Shown here piece by piece: positions 61,441 to 64,000 of a DNA stretch of 64,000 bases; within the stretch, counting starts at the first letter, position 1; every line of letters begins with the position of its first letter. Under the pieces are notes generated by a model. It worked only from the letters and a program-made list of their open reading frames with translations. It had not been told where the DNA came from and made no database searches. This DNA is from Thermoplasmata archaeon. Its GTDB lineage: Archaea; Thermoplasmatota; Thermoplasmata; Lutacidiplasmatales; UBA184. The stretch lies in assembly GCA_035502035.1 (NCBI GenBank), contig DATJUZ010000037.1, forward strand, positions 136-64,135. Reading direction: 5' to 3'. The position numbers and the translations under genes are program-made.

Positions 61441-62511
61441 GTGGACGCCGAGCATCGCGTCGCGCTGATCGCCCGGCACACGGTCGAGACCGTCACCGCC
61501 GACGAGCTGCGGGCGCTCGTCGACCGTGAGGCACGGCCCCGGGCCTACGTGGGGATCGAGCCGAGCGGGACGCTGACGATCGCCCACCTCATCCTCGCGC
61601 GCAAGCTCTCCGACCTCGACGAGGCGGGATGCGACGTCACGGTGTTCCTCGCCGACTGGCACGCGTGGATCAACGACAAGCTGGGAGGGGACCTCGCCCG
61701 GATCCGGGCCGCGGGACGCACGATGGAAGCGACGTTCCGGGCCCTCGGGGTCACCGGCGAGCGCGTCCGGTTCCGGTGGGCCTCCGAGCTGGTCGGCAGC
61801 GCCGACTACTGGGGCCGGGTCGTCCGTGTGGCGAAGGCAACCTCGCTCGCGCGCACGCGGCGCGCGATGTCGATCATGGGCCGCGCGGAGGACGAGCCGA
61901 ACCTCGACACCGCGAAGCTGTTCTACCCCTCGATGCAGGCGGCCGACATCTTCGAGCTGCCGGTCGACCTCGCCTACGGCGGGATGGACCAGCGACGCGC
62001 CCACGTCCTCGCCCGGGAGGTCGCGCACCACTACGGCTGGGCGATTCCCGTCGCGATCCACACGCCGCTCCTCTCCTCCCTCCGCGGCGGGGCGCGCATG
62101 GACCCGATCGAGGGGATGGTCGAGGGGAAGATGTCGAAGTCCGACCCGGGAAGCTCGGTCCCGCTGCCCAGCTCGCGCGACGTGATCTCGGCCCGCATCG
62201 GCTCCGCGTTCTGTCCCGCGCGGAGCCTGGACGGCAACCCGGTCGTCGAGGCGGTCCGGTACATCGTCTTCCCCTGGGAGGGGCGGCTGACGGTCGACCG
62301 TGCCGAGCGCCACGGCGGCCCGCTCGCCTTCGAGAGCCTCGCGGCGTTCGAGGCGGCCTGGTCGGAGGGGCGGCTCCACCCCCAGGACCTCAAGGGCGCG
62401 GTCGCCGCGTCGCTCGACCGGCTCGCCGAGCCGGTGCGCCGGGAGTTCGCGGCCCACCCGGAGCTCGCGCCCCCTCCGCCCGGGGCCGGACCGGAGAGCC
62501 CCGGACACTGA
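61441..62511 (+). CDS. tyrS: tyrosyl-tRNA synthetase, archaeal type
   Basis: Collinear with M. jannaschii TyrRS as I recall it (AYVGIEPSG.., VFLADWHAW, YPSMQAADI, GGMDQRRAHVLARE, KMSKS, CPA..GNPV). GTG at 61441; the alternative GTG at 61384 would add 19 aa. Confidence 0.9.
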   Translation: MDAEHRVALIARHTVETVTADELRALVDREARPRAYVGIEPSGTLTIAHLILARKLSDLDEAGCDVTVFLADWHAWINDKLGGDLARIRAAGRTMEATFRALGVTGERVRFRWASELVGSADYWGRVVRVAKATSLARTRRAMSIMGRAEDEPNLDTAKLFYPSMQAADIFELPVDLAYGGMDQRRAHVLAREVAHHYGWAIPVAIHTPLLSSLRGGARMDPIEGMVEGKMSKSDPGSSVPLPSSRDVISARIGSAFCPARSLDGNPVVEAVRYIVFPWEGRLTVDRAERHGGPLAFESLAAFEAAWSEGRLHPQDLKGAVAASLDRLAEPVRREFAAHPELAPPPPGAGPESPGH

Positions 62512-62555
62512 CGGTATCCGCGGACGGCGCCGTCCTCCGCCGCCGGCTCCGGCAC

Positions 62556-62565
62556 GCTTATGTAG
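62556..62565 (+). promoter_or_regulatory. TATA-like box (GCTTATGTAG) upstream of the L7Ae operon
   Basis: Lies about 72 nt upstream of the ATG at 62634. This would give a 5' UTR of about 45 nt containing the hairpin at 62597-62622. A near-identical motif GCTATGTAG precedes the SRP RNA. Confidence 0.4.
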
Positions 62566-62596
62566 GCGTTCGCCTCCGAGGGGCCCCGCCCGTGAG

Positions 62597-62622
62597 CCGA
62601 GGACCCTTCGGGGTTCCGCTGA
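62597..62622 (+). promoter_or_regulatory. K-turn-like hairpin in the L7Ae 5' UTR (candidate autoregulatory L7Ae binding site)
   Basis: CCGA-GGACCC-UUCG-GGGUUC-CGCU-GA. This is a 6-bp stem with a UUCG loop, flanked by 5' GA and, after a 4-nt bulge, 3' GA that could form tandem sheared G-A pairs. SD GAGGA at 62626-62630 follows immediately. Confidence 0.35.
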
Positions 62623-62633
62623 CGCGAGGAACC

Positions 62634-63005
62634 ATGGCGCGACCGATCTACGTGCGATTCGAGACTCCCGACGACCTCGCGGAAAAGGCCCTCCAGCTCG
62701 TCCAGGTGGCGAGCGAGACCGGAAAGGTCCGGATCGGCACCAACGAGGTGACGAAGTCGAGCGAGCGCGCCGAGGCGAAGCTCGTCGTCATGGCCGAGGA
62801 CGTCGACCCGGTCGAGATCCTCGTCCACGTTCCGATGCTCTGCGAGGAGAAGCGGATCCCCTACGTCTACGTCCCGAAGAAGCAGCGGCTCGGCCAGTCC
62901 GCCGGCCTGTCGAAGGGCGCGGCGAGCGTCGCGATCGTCGAGGCCGGCGAGGGCAAGGGCCTCCTGGACGAGCTCTCCGGGGCGTTCCCGAACCTGAGGA
63001 AGTAG
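62634..63005 (+). CDS. rpl7ae: ribosomal protein L7Ae (K-turn binding)
   Basis: 123 aa with ATG at 62634 (verified). Motifs [25 protein letters not shown] and [17 protein letters not shown]. Confidence 0.95.
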   Translation: MARPIYVRFETPDDLAEKALQLVQVASETGKVRIGTNEVTKSSERAEAKLVVMAEDVDPVEILVHVPMLCEEKRIPYVYVPKKQRLGQSAGLSKGAASVAIVEAGEGKGLLDELSGAFPNLRK

Positions 63006-63030
63006 TCCGTCGCCGGAGGGTCGCGGTCCG

Positions 63031-63243
63031 ATGCCCGAGGAGAAAGGCTCGCCGGCGGAGGTCGTCGAGCTGGTCGGCCGCACCGGCATGGCCGGTGAGG
63101 CGACCCAGGTCAAGGTCCGCGTCCTCGCCGGCCGCGATCGCGGCAAGATCATCACCCGCAATGTCGCCGGTCCGATCCGCCTCGGGGACGTCCTCATCCT
63201 CCGGGAGACGGCCCGAGAGGCCCGCAAGCTCTCCGTCCGGTAG
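63031..63243 (+). CDS. rps28e: ribosomal protein S28e
   Basis: 70 aa. [64 protein letters not shown] lies upstream. Confidence 0.95.
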   Translation: MPEEKGSPAEVVELVGRTGMAGEATQVKVRVLAGRDRGKIITRNVAGPIRLGDVLILRETAREARKLSVR

Positions 63244-63252
63244 GGAGGGGCG

Positions 63253-63771
63253 ATGGTCGCAAAGCGCCAGTGCTCGTTCTGCGCTCAGGAGATCGAGCCG
63301 GGCACCGGCACGATGTTCGTCAAGCGGGACGGCACGGTCTTCCAGTTCTGCTCGTCGTCCTGCCGCAAGCAACAGCTCGGTCTCGGGCGGATCGGCCACC
63401 GTCTCAAGTGGACCCGGGCCTACGCGCTGAAGAAGGCCGCCGAGCGCTCCAGCGCCGAGCGGGGCGCGGCGGCCCCCTCCGCCGTCGCGGGCGCGCCGAA
63501 GGAGAGCGCCCCGCGCGGCCGCGCTCCCCCGACCGCCGGGACCCCGGCGGCGCCCGCCGCCGTGGAAGCCGCACCGGCGGCCGGCAAGCCGGCGAGGAGC
63601 CCGCGTGCACGCCCCGGAGGCGCGACGAGGTCCCCGACGCCGAAGTCCGTCCCGGCGACCGACGGCCCCGCTCCCGCGAAGGCCACGCCGCGGCCAGCGT
63701 CCAAGGCGCCCGCGAAGGCGGCCGCCAAGCCCGCCCCGAAGCCGAAGGGCGACGACGAGAACGACGCGTAG
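63253..63771 (+). CDS. rpl24e: ribosomal protein L24e with a long Ala/Pro/Lys-rich C-terminal extension
   Basis: The N-terminal about 65 aa (CSFCAQEIEPGTGTMFVKRDGTVFQFCSSSCRK) form the L24e zinc ribbon. A low-complexity tail of about 105 aa follows. SD GGGAGGGG lies upstream. Confidence 0.9.
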   Translation: MVAKRQCSFCAQEIEPGTGTMFVKRDGTVFQFCSSSCRKQQLGLGRIGHRLKWTRAYALKKAAERSSAERGAAAPSAVAGAPKESAPRGRAPPTAGTPAAPAAVEAAPAAGKPARSPRARPGGATRSPTPKSVPATDGPAPAKATPRPASKAPAKAAAKPAPKPKGDDENDA

Positions 63772-63834
63772 CGGCCCCGTCGCAGCGTTCGACTGCAGCG
63801 CAACGAGTAAGCGGTAGGTTCGCGGCGCGGGCCC

Positions 63835-64000
63835 GTGGCCTCGCCGGAACCCTGGACGAGCCCGAGCGATCTCGCGGAGCAGACGTTCTGCCCCCGCGCC
63901 TACCGGTTCCGCCGCAGCGGACCGTCCCCACCGACCGCCTCCGCCGACGCCGGCGTGCGGTACCACGCTCGGCGGCTCGGAGCGGAGCGGTGGCGAGCCG
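63835..64000 (+). CDS. partial ORF (N-terminus only), Cas4/RecB-like PD-(D/E)xK nuclease-like start; runs off the window
   Basis: GTG at 63835 follows an in-frame TAA at 63808. The translation VASPEPWTSPSDLAEQTFCPRAYRFRR...GVRYHARRLG resembles the N-terminal Cys motif region of Cas4/DUF83-type nucleases. Only 55 codons are visible. Confidence 0.3.
   Translation, partial: MASPEPWTSPSDLAEQTFCPRAYRFRRSGPSPPTASADAGVRYHARRLGAERWRA

Noticed and set aside
58965-61529. 854-aa plus-strand ORF
   Set aside because: It is antisense to the coiled-coil/KaiC-like gene. Its Leu/Glu/Arg/Asp-rich sequence mirrors the coiled-coil codons.
1-64000. Search for CRISPR arrays, IS/transposase or integrase genes, rRNA, and large direct or inverted repeats
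   Set aside because: None were seen by eye. Short GC-rich palindromes are frequent and expected at this GC content. A computational repeat search would be needed to exclude diverged repeats.

Overview
About 70% GC and clearly archaeal. Evidence: an L7Ae-S28e-L24e ribosomal protein operon, an archaeal-type TyrRS, an archaeal SRP (7S) RNA, a multi-subunit 2-oxoacid:ferredoxin oxidoreductase, and isolated AT-rich TATA-like boxes 25-45 nt upstream of first genes. Some of those first genes look leaderless, while genes inside operons carry GGAGG-type SD sites. The lineage is possibly a high-GC Thermoplasmatota-like euryarchaeon, but that is only a guess.

I support 59 protein-coding genes, two of them cut by the window edges, plus one tRNA-Leu(CAG) and one SRP RNA. 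I saw no rRNA, CRISPR array or IS/transposase.

Layout:
- 2-25 kb: a nitrogen, amino-acid and peptide catabolism island. It holds three class-III aminotransferases, two tandem aldehyde dehydrogenases, an Opp/Dpp-type ABC transporter, a saccharopine-dehydrogenase-like gene, a DUF885 gene, two amidohydrolases, a GS-like glnA and a divergent lrp.
- 25-47 kb: mixed metabolism and regulation. This includes a DhnA-type aldolase, Zn-ADH, DMT transporters, a PEP-mutase-family enzyme, a phosphatase/methyltransferase/GNAT operon next to an HTH_10 regulator, a PAS histidine kinase with a REC-DUF835-wHTH regulator, the OFOR operon, a Fur C-domain-only gene, a degenerate Fe-ADH, AbrB-PhoU and a sarcosine/proline-oxidase-like flavoenzyme pair.
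- 47-64 kb: an HxlR regulator, a 630-nt unassigned gap, a HerA-like ATPase fusion overlapping a 2H phosphoesterase, AlkA, a 905-aa surface glycoprotein, glyA, a thioesterase, SRP RNA, an MFS transporter, a coiled-coil RecA/KaiC-like protein, tyrS and the r-protein operon.

Most interesting candidates:
1. The HerA-like ATPase + wHTH + nuclease-like fusion coupled to a 2H phosphoesterase.
2. The HhH + giant coiled-coil + degenerate RecA/KaiC-like protein.
3. The REC-DUF835-wHTH regulator with its kinase and a divergent pseudo-receiver.
4. The phosphatase-methyltransferase-acetyltransferase operon.

Limits: all family assignments come from motif recognition by eye and memory, with no searches run. 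Start codons were re-picked by hand and may be off. Many long ORFs in the supplied track are high-GC shadow ORFs and were rejected.
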